Of a DNA stretch of 64,000 nucleotides, positions 9,329 to 18,794 are shown one piece after another. The stretch is from a virus. The notes beneath the pieces are model-generated. The model made no database searches. It was not told the DNA's origin and worked only from the letters and a program-made list of their open reading frames with translations. Positions within the stretch are counted from its first letter, which is position 1. Every line of letters begins with the position of its first letter. The position numbers were made by a program, and so were the translations under genes. The stretch is from IMG/VR virus record IMGVR_UViG_3300045988_028354, one strand, 5' to 3'.

Positions 9329-9834
9329 AATGTATCTTCGTTATTGTTATTACTCTTATATTCTTTCGATTGGTTTTTCATATCTTGGAAAGCCTCTCCT
9401 ACAGCCTTGAACTTGAAGGTTATCAATTTCCAAAAGATAGACCAGATACTGTACTTCTTTTCTACACCATGTAGAGTACAGATGTGATTATAAATGCTAT
9501 CTATCTCGAAACAGTAACATAATACCATTACCGTTATAGATACTGTTATTGGATTTAATCCGTAAGGTTCTCCGATGGCTTTACCTATTAGGGCACCCAG
9601 TAAGATGTAACACAAGTAATCAATGATTTTATTAAGAGTTCTTCTCCCGGCTCTAGATTTTCTTATTTCAATCTTCTTTGCCCTACTTGCAGATATACCA
9701 AACCAGAAGTCTGCAAGTATTAGTACAAAGGCTAATAAAATCATCCACCTTAAATCAAAGATAATGGCATAACATTCAGAAGTAAATCCAATGATACCAG
9801 TTTTAAATAGTGTGTTAAAAGAGCTGCTTTCCAT
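9325..9834 (-). CDS. multi-pass membrane protein, holin-like
   Basis: 3-4 TM helices. LILADFWFGISASRAKKIEIRKSRAGRRTLNKI resembles the holin family 4 (D-x-x-T/FG ... S ... G ... K) pattern. Confidence 0.45.
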   Translation of the reverse strand: MESSSFNTLFKTGIIGFTSECYAIIFDLRWMILLAFVLILADFWFGISASRAKKIEIRKSRAGRRTLNKIIDYLCYILLGALIGKAIGEPYGLNPITVSITVMVLCYCFEIDSIYNHICTLHGVEKKYSIWSIFWKLITFKFKAVGEAFQDMKNQSKEYKSNNNNEDTL

Positions 9835-9839
9835 TTTGT

Positions 9840-12302
9840 TTATTCTATTTTAAGTGACCATTCTGTTCCTTCCGGAACTAATATATTAATACCTTGTTCC
9901 GAAATATCATTGGATTCCCAAGTAAGTTCTGTCTTATCAACTACATCCAACAGATTTACAATGAATACTGCTTTAACTGCAGGATTAGCTTTCACATAGA
10001 AAGTATGTTTACCTGGCAGATTAGTGAAGAATTGATAAGGGCTTGGATGAACTACATCTGGAGCTGTCTCATATACAATATCTGAAACTTCTCCAGTATC
10101 TGAAGTACAGGTTACGATAGTAGATACTTCTTGTATATCCTTACTTAATTCTGCACTTACTGGATTACAGGTTAATGTATACTTAGGTATAACATCTTTA
10201 ACTGTAAGATTAACTACGGAGCCTTGATAGTAAAATTCATAATTACCTGCTTTATCCATAGTAATAAGAATATTTGAATCATAGGTTTCAGAAAAACCAT
10301 CAAGAATTATACCAGTTATAACAGAACCACCGTCTCCCCAACGTAAATAGAATTGACAGTTCTTAGATTTAGTTAATTGATATCCTGCCTTGATATACTT
10401 CCCTGCATCTTCTGCTTCTTCTGAGTAAGCTTGTAGTTCATACCAATTATCATCAGTTTCATCCAAGGGTTCTAACCATAAGTAAGATTTAGGAGCAGGT
10501 ACATATTCTAGTACTTCTACTTCTACAGACTTACTGGCATCCCCTACAGATTCAAATTTATAACTACCAGCTTCATTGAATTGGTATTCTGTATTTCTAC
10601 CATAATAGAAATCAGGACCAACTACATAACGGTCAGTTAATTTTGTAGTTCCCAATTTTACCCAAGTACCCTGAGTATTCTTTTTGTAGATTGTTACTTC
10701 GGTATTAAAATAATAACCTAAGTTTGCACTTTCAAAAGTAGAATAATAAATACCAGATGTAACCCAAAGATTAACTGAGGCAGAACCTTGGGCATTTAGG
10801 TTTAATCGTTTATTAGATACACCTATATCATAGGTAATTGTATAACCTAGTCTATAAGCTACTACAGTACCATAATTACTTGTATTACCAGAATCATCTT
10901 TGGTACATCTGAATTGGAATGTGCCAGTAGTAGTTGGTGCCCATCTTTGACCATTACGAACTAAGATACCTGGGTCTGAAATACATACTGCAATCAGTTG
11001 GCTAGTATCTTCATTAGGGTCTGAAGAACGTATGGTTATTAAAGATTTCTCACCATTGGTAAGATTTATATTTCGAGGTTCACAGAGTACTGTATAGTTA
11101 GTAGCAATTGCCGTTACTGTTAAGGTTACTTTCTTTGCTGGGAAGTCTGCAATAACCCATTCATAAGTACCAGCAGAAGTTATTTCCCAAATAGAACCAG
11201 AATCCTTAGTTTCATAAGTATTAAGTAACTGTACAGATACGGGTTTAATATTGCCCTGATAATTCATATTAGCAGTTACCTTTACTTTGATTACGGGATT
11301 AGTACCAGTAATTACCAAGTTATCTGGGTCTGTTCCTCCCTCAACTATGTCAGCATAGATATGATAAGATTTAGTGTAGTATTCTAAACCTATATCTACA
11401 TAGGTAGTTACTGAATTATCTCCTACGCTCCTGAAATAATATCTTTGGTTACCCTTTCTTGCATAGAAGATAGAACCACTTTCATATTTCTTTGAACTCC
11501 ATTTGTTCTCCGATGGGTCATACCCAGTTACCTGGTATCTTAAATCAGCATCATCATAATCTGATGTAACTGTTACTCTGATAGGTACTTCAGTTATATG
11601 CCCGGTTACAATCTTTGCAGGACTGATAAGTGGCTCAGCTACAATCTTATAATTATAGGCTAAGTCAAATCCATAGGCAATCTTCCCAGATACATTATAA
11701 GGCAAGAATCTATCGAACAACTTATCTATTGATTGTTTGAAAGACTTGAACTCTGGAGTAGGAGAAGTAAAGCCATGACCACTTATAGAAATACCTACTT
11801 CTATACATTGAGCACAACCATAAATCTTATCATAATTATATTTGTCGTACTGAGAATAGTCTGTATCATATAAGGGGTCTACCTTTTCCCATTTATCCAT
11901 TGCTCCATCTGTTGGGTCTGTAATTGTACATGTTAACCCATACATATTAAAAAGAATTTCGAAGAACTTTCTTGAGCCACGAATCTTAAGTAATGAGATT
12001 GAATACTTTAAGATAGTTCGAATCTGTTCATCACTTAAGTTGGGAACTCCCTTGTGTTCTCCGGTTCTAGCAAATGGTAATGCTCCCAAGAACTCCCAGA
12101 GGTAATTTAAATACCTCTGCTGAGTTTTATCGATATCGATTATATCTAGAATATTATCAATATCTTTAGTTATATCTTCTTGGAAATAGTTACCACAAAT
12201 TTCTAGAAATCTTTCTAATATGCCCTTACCGTCGACTTTATAAGTATCTTGCTCTTTAAATTCGAAAGGTAAGAAATCAATTAGGTTTTTAAGATTTGTC
12301 AT
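9840..12302 (-). CDS. baseplate wedge / tail-fibre protein (gpI-like N-terminus, beta-sandwich repeats)
   Basis: Lies directly after the gpJ-like gene. N-terminus LIDFLPFEFKEQDTY...ILERFLEICG. Long beta-rich C-terminal part. Confidence 0.6.
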   Translation of the reverse strand: MTNLKNLIDFLPFEFKEQDTYKVDGKGILERFLEICGNYFQEDITKDIDNILDIIDIDKTQQRYLNYLWEFLGALPFARTGEHKGVPNLSDEQIRTILKYSISLLKIRGSRKFFEILFNMYGLTCTITDPTDGAMDKWEKVDPLYDTDYSQYDKYNYDKIYGCAQCIEVGISISGHGFTSPTPEFKSFKQSIDKLFDRFLPYNVSGKIAYGFDLAYNYKIVAEPLISPAKIVTGHITEVPIRVTVTSDYDDADLRYQVTGYDPSENKWSSKKYESGSIFYARKGNQRYYFRSVGDNSVTTYVDIGLEYYTKSYHIYADIVEGGTDPDNLVITGTNPVIKVKVTANMNYQGNIKPVSVQLLNTYETKDSGSIWEITSAGTYEWVIADFPAKKVTLTVTAIATNYTVLCEPRNINLTNGEKSLITIRSSDPNEDTSQLIAVCISDPGILVRNGQRWAPTTTGTFQFRCTKDDSGNTSNYGTVVAYRLGYTITYDIGVSNKRLNLNAQGSASVNLWVTSGIYYSTFESANLGYYFNTEVTIYKKNTQGTWVKLGTTKLTDRYVVGPDFYYGRNTEYQFNEAGSYKFESVGDASKSVEVEVLEYVPAPKSYLWLEPLDETDDNWYELQAYSEEAEDAGKYIKAGYQLTKSKNCQFYLRWGDGGSVITGIILDGFSETYDSNILITMDKAGNYEFYYQGSVVNLTVKDVIPKYTLTCNPVSAELSKDIQEVSTIVTCTSDTGEVSDIVYETAPDVVHPSPYQFFTNLPGKHTFYVKANPAVKAVFIVNLLDVVDKTELTWESNDISEQGINILVPEGTEWSLKIE

Positions 12303-14020
12303 ACGATTTCATTTACTTTAAGTGTTAACTGACTTGAGTCTTCGAATACCGGAATATTATAACCTGGGTCTGTATAATCCTTGTTAGGTTCTGCAATGGT
12401 TATGGTATATCTAAATCCGGATTGATAACCATTGTTCTGGATATCCAAGGCAAATACAAATCCATTTATAGTATCTCTAATCTGTGTAGTCTTACCCACT
12501 TGGCCATCATAAGAAAAGCCTCCCTTAACTGAACGTACTGTAAACTGAGTACCTGAAGAGAAAGAGATAAAGTAAGACATACTACCATTAGCCTCGTCTA
12601 ATTGGAATTGACCAAGGATTAATTCCTTGTTACCATATACGGTAGTAGGCCATGGTTTAGTATAGAACTTCTTCAAGTGTAAATAATCTACTGATTCAAG
12701 ATTATCTATGAGTGCATAGATATCGGAGATTCTTACGCTGCCACCAATATCGGAGGCTTCCGGAGAATAAGCATTAAATAATGCACTTAGAATCTGAGAT
12801 TGTATTTCCGATGTCTTATAAGACTTCTTCCCTGTAACTTCTACATCCAAGATAATGTTTACCTTACCTGCAGACTTAACTGTTAACCAAGTAGTAAGAG
12901 GTGAGTTCTGATGTAATACATCATATACCTTTTGAATAAGATTAGAGTCAGCAGTAGCACCATTATCTGGAGATATGTAAACAATTAATTTTCTACCACA
13001 TTCATATTCTGCCTTTGCTTTACTAACTCCATCAACTAGTTTAGCTAAGTCTATGAAATCTTGTTTGGTAATAGCAACTCCCATAGTTTTTACACTCAAA
13101 GGTATATGTTCCTTAAGCATATTGAAATTTTCGTATGATGAACCTCCACCTGCAGCATAAGTATTAGATACTGTAGCATCCGTTACTGATGAAGATATAA
13201 CTGAAGGTACAGAAGTAATCATACCAGATTTTACATTACCATTGATACCCGTAGTAAGGTAGAACTTAACTTCAGATATCTTAGCATTAGCTGCTGGCTT
13301 CTGTCCATATTTACCATCACCAAATAAGATATAAGGGTTTAAAGCTTCATCCATGGTAACCATGAAATGTTTATCGGTTGGTTTTGAGTAAGCAAAGGTG
13401 TTTACCAATACCCAAGATTCTCCACCAATCTTCATACTCATAGTTCCATGTTCGTAATACTTACCATTAGGTAGTGTACCAAGAGTAATAGTTACCCTTT
13501 CATCTGAAGGTATAACCATACCATTTATCTGGCTTTCCGTATATAATTCGTGTTGTACAACTGGAACTTTACAAGTAGTTACATTAGCATACCAAGTTAC
13601 GTCTCTAGATGATAGCCATTTGTTACCATTAGAGTCTGTGAATAAAGTTCCAGAAGGTATAGTTAACTTAGCACCAATAGAATCTCCAGATACATCTCGA
13701 GATACTACCAAATCTACTGATGCTGCAATAGCACCTCTTGCATGATAATCTACCAAAGCACCATGCTTAACTACTGAACTGTATTTACGAGCAGTAGGCA
13801 AGAATGATTCCCTTGCCATATTATCAATGTAGTAGTGAAGAACTTCGGCAATTGCCGCAAATAATGAAAGGATAATGATTAAGATATTTCCTTCCGAGTA
13901 ATCAGTTACGAGTACATTGCCATCTTTGTCTTTGATATTCGTAAGTGATTCTATCAGCTTGGCCTTAATCTGTTGGTAAGACCTCTGATAAGGGTTGAGC
14001 CATTTATTAGTGATTCCCAT
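12299..14020 (-). CDS. baseplate J-like protein
   Basis: 573 aa, follows the gp25-like gene with a 1-nt gap. Synteny V-W-J-I as in P2/Mu. Confidence 0.7.
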   Translation of the reverse strand: MGITNKWLNPYQRSYQQIKAKLIESLTNIKDKDGNVLVTDYSEGNILIIILSLFAAIAEVLHYYIDNMARESFLPTARKYSSVVKHGALVDYHARGAIAASVDLVVSRDVSGDSIGAKLTIPSGTLFTDSNGNKWLSSRDVTWYANVTTCKVPVVQHELYTESQINGMVIPSDERVTITLGTLPNGKYYEHGTMSMKIGGESWVLVNTFAYSKPTDKHFMVTMDEALNPYILFGDGKYGQKPAANAKISEVKFYLTTGINGNVKSGMITSVPSVISSSVTDATVSNTYAAGGGSSYENFNMLKEHIPLSVKTMGVAITKQDFIDLAKLVDGVSKAKAEYECGRKLIVYISPDNGATADSNLIQKVYDVLHQNSPLTTWLTVKSAGKVNIILDVEVTGKKSYKTSEIQSQILSALFNAYSPEASDIGGSVRISDIYALIDNLESVDYLHLKKFYTKPWPTTVYGNKELILGQFQLDEANGSMSYFISFSSGTQFTVRSVKGGFSYDGQVGKTTQIRDTINGFVFALDIQNNGYQSGFRYTITIAEPNKDYTDPGYNIPVFEDSSQLTLKVNEIV

Positions 14021-14021
14021 A

Positions 14022-14456
14022 TTAATAAGAGTTTAATGAATTTTCATTTTTATCGTAGGTCAGGTACAGGTACTGACTAGTAGAAGTTTCATTAACTACA
14101 TAATGAACTTCTATGTTTATTTTAGCACCTTGTCTAGAAACGGTAATACCTTTAAAGGTAATCCTTTGTTCCCATGCACCAATTGAGCTTTTAATAAACT
14201 CTTTAATAATAAAACTTAGGGCTTGTGTATTTGGCTCCTCTATACATTCCCATAGGCGATTCCCAAAGTTTTCCTGTCGAAATCGTTGTCCTATTAAATA
14301 ATACATTATAGAGCTTATATTATTTCTTACCAAAGCCATATCACCATTAACGGGATACCAACCGGTTTCACCCTTTTCATTTCTCGTAAGTTGAATAGGG
14401 AATATCATACCCTTTCCAACGATGTTAGTAAGATAGTTATCCATTAGTGTATACAT
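14022..14456 (-). CDS. baseplate wedge protein (gp25/gpW-like)
   Basis: GKGMIFPIQLTRNEKGE motif; size 144 aa. Confidence 0.75.
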   Translation of the reverse strand: MYTLMDNYLTNIVGKGMIFPIQLTRNEKGETGWYPVNGDMALVRNNISSIMYYLIGQRFRQENFGNRLWECIEEPNTQALSFIIKEFIKSSIGAWEQRITFKGITVSRQGAKINIEVHYVVNETSTSQYLYLTYDKNENSLNSY

Positions 14457-15163
14457 TTAGTGTCCTCATAATCTTCTTGTTTGAAAGTAGAGAACGGTTG
14501 ACTTGCTTGAGTTACAGTAGGACCTGAAGAACCCGGTCCAGTAGTTACACCAGAGTGTACATGAGAATTGAATAGAGCTCTTAGAGTTTCCAGTTCTTTA
14601 ATGGTATTATTGAGTTTCTCGGTTAGTTCTTTAATATTAACTACTCCTTGATTCTCCCCCTTATTTAAGATTACTGTATCTCCAGAACCTACGCTTACAT
14701 CACCTTGTGCTTGAATAGAAATGTTCCCTCTAGCAGCAAGGCCTACATCTCCATTTATATAAACAGTTAGCTTTCCATTATCATCATCTAGTACCATTAC
14801 ATTTCCTTCTGGAGTAATGATTCCCATTTTATTTGGACCATCTAAAGGGTCTGGTACTTGTTGTAATCCCCAACCATGGTATTCCCATAATGGTTTAGTT
14901 GGGTCTCCAAATTCAAATGTAACAAATACTATATCTCCAACTTTAGGAGCTAAGTACTTGAACCCATTATTGATAGAACCATGTTGGCCCTTAGGAAAAG
15001 CCCATGTAATGATTCCACCCATAACTTCAGGACAGCATACTTTAATACGGTTCATATGTTTCTCCGTATCATTATTATCTACCACTATGCCACGGTAGAT
15101 AGAGTAGTATCTACCTAAACCTTCGATACCCTCTTCTGTTAGTAATCTAGCTGTTGAGTACAT
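14444..15163 (-). CDS. baseplate central spike (gpV / gp5 OB-fold type)
   Basis: GIVVDNNDTEKHMNRIKVCCPEVMG..WAFPKG...PKVGDIVFVTFEFGDPTKPLW, then a beta-helix-like GNISIQAQGDVSVGSGDTVIL. Confidence 0.75.
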   Translation of the reverse strand: MYSTARLLTEEGIEGLGRYYSIYRGIVVDNNDTEKHMNRIKVCCPEVMGGIITWAFPKGQHGSINNGFKYLAPKVGDIVFVTFEFGDPTKPLWEYHGWGLQQVPDPLDGPNKMGIITPEGNVMVLDDDNGKLTVYINGDVGLAARGNISIQAQGDVSVGSGDTVILNKGENQGVVNIKELTEKLNNTIKELETLRALFNSHVHSGVTTGPGSSGPTVTQASQPFSTFKQEDYEDTKCIH

Positions 15164-17088
15164 TATTTCTTGTTGGATTTATATCGTTCATAAGCTTTCA
15201 TTGCCCAATTAAACTCATCGAAGTTATACCTTTCTTTCATAGAAGGAGTAACCTTTGATTGGTCTGCCTTTATGACATTAGTTTTACCATAGAGTGCAGT
15301 ACCGTTGGAAGTTACTACTGTGCCTTCTGTACGAACGGTACCTGCAGCAAGAGCTTTTGGATCTTTAGCATTTATCTCGTCATAATAGAACTTATTCTGT
15401 AAGAACTCTCCTGCACCTTTCTTATCAATAATTCTACCCTTATCATCCATGAACCTTTCTACAAAGTATACTACTTCATTATAGGTAAAATCATGTACAA
15501 TATCAGAAGCATTAGCAGTATTCTTTTTGTTCTTACCAAAATCAGTTTTAGCAGAATCCTTAGCATCATTACTTACAATATCCTGAGTACTGAGTTGAGT
15601 CATAGATGTAGTTTGTCCATCCCTTGCATTATTCTTAATCAAATCAAGAGTACAGAGATAACCCTGACCAGCATCCATTGAATGTTGTACTGATTTAATG
15701 TACCAAAAGCCTGACCATCTTTTTCCAACGTTATCCAGGTAAATTACCTGAGAAGATTGTAATGAGGGTCTACCTACTACAGTCATTTGGCATACTAGTT
15801 TTCTTTCGGATATCTTAAGACCACCGTTAGCATTAGCATTCATTGCCCAAGTAACTTTATCTGCTCCACCATATCTACCAAAAAGATTATGATACAATTT
15901 ATAAATAGGTACTAAGTATGGTACCTTCTTCATTCTTCGTATCTTAACCCTAGCTTTAACTTTTCGAGTCATTGTAGGAGTAGTAACTCCATCACCAGAG
16001 TACTTTAACTCATATGTATCAGGGTACACCATAATACATGGGTCTTTTTCCATTGCAGATATACCTCTTTGAGATTGCTCATTAGCTGAAGCAATCTTAT
16101 ATTTATTGCCCTGAGTATCTCTAATGTCAATCATATGGAGAGGTGTCATACCTTCCGGGTCATACTCTCTTGGGTCTACCCATTCTTCTGCAAGGTATTC
16201 CATTTTATATTCTCCAGTAAATAAGTATCTTTCATTTTCTAGTAATTGCCTAAGATTACTTTCCAACTCTTTACCGTTCTTTGAGTTCTTTAAGATTTCT
16301 TGAATAACCCTTTTCTTATCGTTCGGTAGATTATTTACAGCAGTATTAATTGCCTCACGATATTGCTCAGTACTTAAATTATCCAATGCTTCTTGTTTAC
16401 CTGCATTATAAGCAACATAAGGCTTTTGAGAACCGTACTCTTTTATTGCAGAACTAGATTTTTTTACTTTAGCTTCATACTGTTTATGACTAGCTATTAT
16501 TTCTGGAGATACAGTAATGGGATGAGGATGTCCCAACCCAAAATTCTGTCCAGTTTTATAATCCCATGAAGGTACTACTTCAGTATTATCTTGGGGAGAT
16601 TTAATAGGTTTGAATAAAGATATTTCTTCTTTCTCTCTTTCAGGTTCTGTAGTATCCGTAGAACCTACAACTAAACCCTTATCTTCGGGGTCTATGGTTT
16701 GAGTTAATTGAGCTTTTACCCTTTTAGTTATCTTTTGCATAGTGAAAGATACTCTAAGTACCTCACCATTTTCTTGTTGGTATATGTAAGTATATTCTGG
16801 TTCTTGAGTAAACTTACGATTGTGTATGTATATTACACCATCGCGAGAATCAATATACCAAGGACCATTTGCATACCCTTTCATCTTTTGTTCTAATTGA
16901 ACCAAGATGTTATTACCTATTAATCCTAAGTCACTATCTATCAGAGACTTTAAATCACTTGGCATAGCTACTTGAGCTACTCCACTAAACCTGTTAGCGT
17001 AAAGTATCTTTCCAGTAGTATTTCGACTTTGTTCTGTCGGGACCTGTAGTGACTCGTAAACTTTATTACTTATTACTTGTTTAGCCAT
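15163..17088 (-). CDS. baseplate hub protein (gpD / late control D-like)
   Basis: C-terminal GRPSLQSSQVIYLDNVGKRWSGFWYIKSVQHSMDAGQGYLCTLDL resembles the GPD family. Lies upstream of the spike gene. Confidence 0.6.
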   Translation of the reverse strand: MAKQVISNKVYESLQVPTEQSRNTTGKILYANRFSGVAQVAMPSDLKSLIDSDLGLIGNNILVQLEQKMKGYANGPWYIDSRDGVIYIHNRKFTQEPEYTYIYQQENGEVLRVSFTMQKITKRVKAQLTQTIDPEDKGLVVGSTDTTEPEREKEEISLFKPIKSPQDNTEVVPSWDYKTGQNFGLGHPHPITVSPEIIASHKQYEAKVKKSSSAIKEYGSQKPYVAYNAGKQEALDNLSTEQYREAINTAVNNLPNDKKRVIQEILKNSKNGKELESNLRQLLENERYLFTGEYKMEYLAEEWVDPREYDPEGMTPLHMIDIRDTQGNKYKIASANEQSQRGISAMEKDPCIMVYPDTYELKYSGDGVTTPTMTRKVKARVKIRRMKKVPYLVPIYKLYHNLFGRYGGADKVTWAMNANANGGLKISERKLVCQMTVVGRPSLQSSQVIYLDNVGKRWSGFWYIKSVQHSMDAGQGYLCTLDLIKNNARDGQTTSMTQLSTQDIVSNDAKDSAKTDFGKNKKNTANASDIVHDFTYNEVVYFVERFMDDKGRIIDKKGAGEFLQNKFYYDEINAKDPKALAAGTVRTEGTVVTSNGTALYGKTNVIKADQSKVTPSMKERYNFDEFNWAMKAYERYKSNKK

Positions 17089-17588
17089 TACTGAAATATT
17101 TCTATGATTACGCCTATGTCATTGTTACAGCCATTATCCAAAAAGTTGGATAAGCTGTATTCCGATAAATCTGAATGAGTGTAAGGTGGTTGGAATCTTA
17201 AATCCCCAACTGTATCTATACACTTAATCGTCACATGAGTACCAGTGGAATCGAATACACAATCCAAATCTCTAACCTTAATACTGCGTACTGGGCTAGA
17301 GATAAATTGACCATCGGGGTATATGTATCCCCACTGAAGATAAATAATCGAGCTTTCCTGAAGGTCCTCGATATCTACTGTATCTGGGTCTCCAGTATCA
17401 AATGTAAGGGTAGCTAAGTTCTCCTTCTCCTCATCATACTTGTAGCTCCAATTACTTATATAAGCGCCAAGAGGTATGCCAGTAATGGGATTCATTATAG
17501 GCATACCTCCAGAATTGAACAGAGCCATGTAAGGTGTTGCTGTTCCATTATAAAGTATTGGTTGGTTAGGTTTTCTAATTTCAGCCAT
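17088..17588 (-). CDS. tail/baseplate-associated hypothetical protein
   Basis: Start/stop coupled within the baseplate operon. Confidence 0.5.
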   Translation of the reverse strand: MAEIRKPNQPILYNGTATPYMALFNSGGMPIMNPITGIPLGAYISNWSYKYDEEKENLATLTFDTGDPDTVDIEDLQESSIIYLQWGYIYPDGQFISSPVRSIKVRDLDCVFDSTGTHVTIKCIDTVGDLRFQPPYTHSDLSEYSLSNFLDNGCNNDIGVIIEIFQ

Positions 17589-17868
17589 ACATTGGTATTC
17601 TTAAAATTTGATAAGGTTCTAATTCTTGAAAAGGGTTCAAGATATTATTAGCTTCGGCAATCAAATACCACTTACCAGAATCACCATAATAACGATAGGC
17701 AATATTCTGTATAGTTTCTCCATCCAATACAGTATGTTGTTTATCGTTATCAGTATAAGGAACGTTTGGGGGAGTTACCTCTAATGAATAATCTCCCTCA
17801 TCATACTTAAGAGCAATGGCTCCATCATATGGACTTGCTCCTGTTAGGTATTGATTTAAGTCTATCAT
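17581..17868 (-). CDS. LysM-domain tail protein (gpX-like)
   Basis: HTVLDGETIQNIAYRYYGDSGKWYLIAEANNILNP...ILRIP is a LysM pattern. Confidence 0.7.
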   Translation of the reverse strand: MIDLNQYLTGASPYDGAIALKYDEGDYSLEVTPPNVPYTDNDKQHTVLDGETIQNIAYRYYGDSGKWYLIAEANNILNPFQELEPYQILRIPMYG

Positions 17869-18788
17869 ATCTGTATTCCTTTCGTATTCTTTAAATCTTC
17901 TTCAGTTACAATGTCTTGATAAGATAAGTTATAAGCACTTACCCTTTTGAAGATTAATTCCTGAGTTGCAGCTGAGGGCAATAACTTTAAATCCTCAATT
18001 GTACTTGACTTACCTGCTACTCTAGTCCTTGAAGCATTCCTAAAGTTATTCAGAGTATAAGTTGCAGATGTAAGAATGTATTGATGATTATCAAATATAC
18101 CAGAATTACCCCATTCGATTTTTAGAATCGGAGGGCTTGCCTGATAAGCATTTGCCTTAGTCCACATTTCCAATAATCGGCATTTAGTAATTACCTCTTT
18201 TGGATTATCTGGGTCATTACAAAACCAAGATACATTGAATTGAATTATATCCTCACTACCAGTAAAGTGATACATAGGAGTATTACGTCCCATAGATTTA
18301 ATCGTTGCCCAAGTAGTTTCTCCTCTAAAATCAATTGATGGTGGTCTATTCTGAAGAGTGATATATTGATAGGGGCTAGCAGTAAGATTATAAATCACTA
18401 CTTGATTCATGCTTCTTACCTCAGGCATTACCAAGAAAAGTTCTTTATTCTTCGTAACATTCTGGCCTTTAGCCGGGTCCATTTCTTCGTATCCAAATGG
18501 AACTCCACCTTCTATTTGATGTTTTAATTCCATTCGATATTGATTCTGAATCCTTTGATTTAACTTAGGATTCTTTGAATTAGCTCTGGGTCCGAATGGG
18601 TTATTTGGGTCATATACCTTCCCTTTATCTGCAGTATCTTTAGGCAATGTAGAAGTTGCTCTATTGAGATAAATTCTTGCTCTCCAAAGCTTATTCAGAG
18701 GACCAGTAAGAACTCCTGCAGAATCTCTGGTGAGGTCATTGTATTTTTCAACAACCCCACCTGCTATTTGATTTAATATTCTTGCCAT
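17865..18788 (-). CDS. tail protein following tape measure (DNA-circulation-like position)
   Basis: Synteny only (TMP, then this gene, then LysM and hub genes). Confidence 0.45.
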   Translation of the reverse strand: MARILNQIAGGVVEKYNDLTRDSAGVLTGPLNKLWRARIYLNRATSTLPKDTADKGKVYDPNNPFGPRANSKNPKLNQRIQNQYRMELKHQIEGGVPFGYEEMDPAKGQNVTKNKELFLVMPEVRSMNQVVIYNLTASPYQYITLQNRPPSIDFRGETTWATIKSMGRNTPMYHFTGSEDIIQFNVSWFCNDPDNPKEVITKCRLLEMWTKANAYQASPPILKIEWGNSGIFDNHQYILTSATYTLNNFRNASRTRVAGKSSTIEDLKLLPSAATQELIFKRVSAYNLSYQDIVTEEDLKNTKGIQI

Positions 18789-18794
18789 GATTGT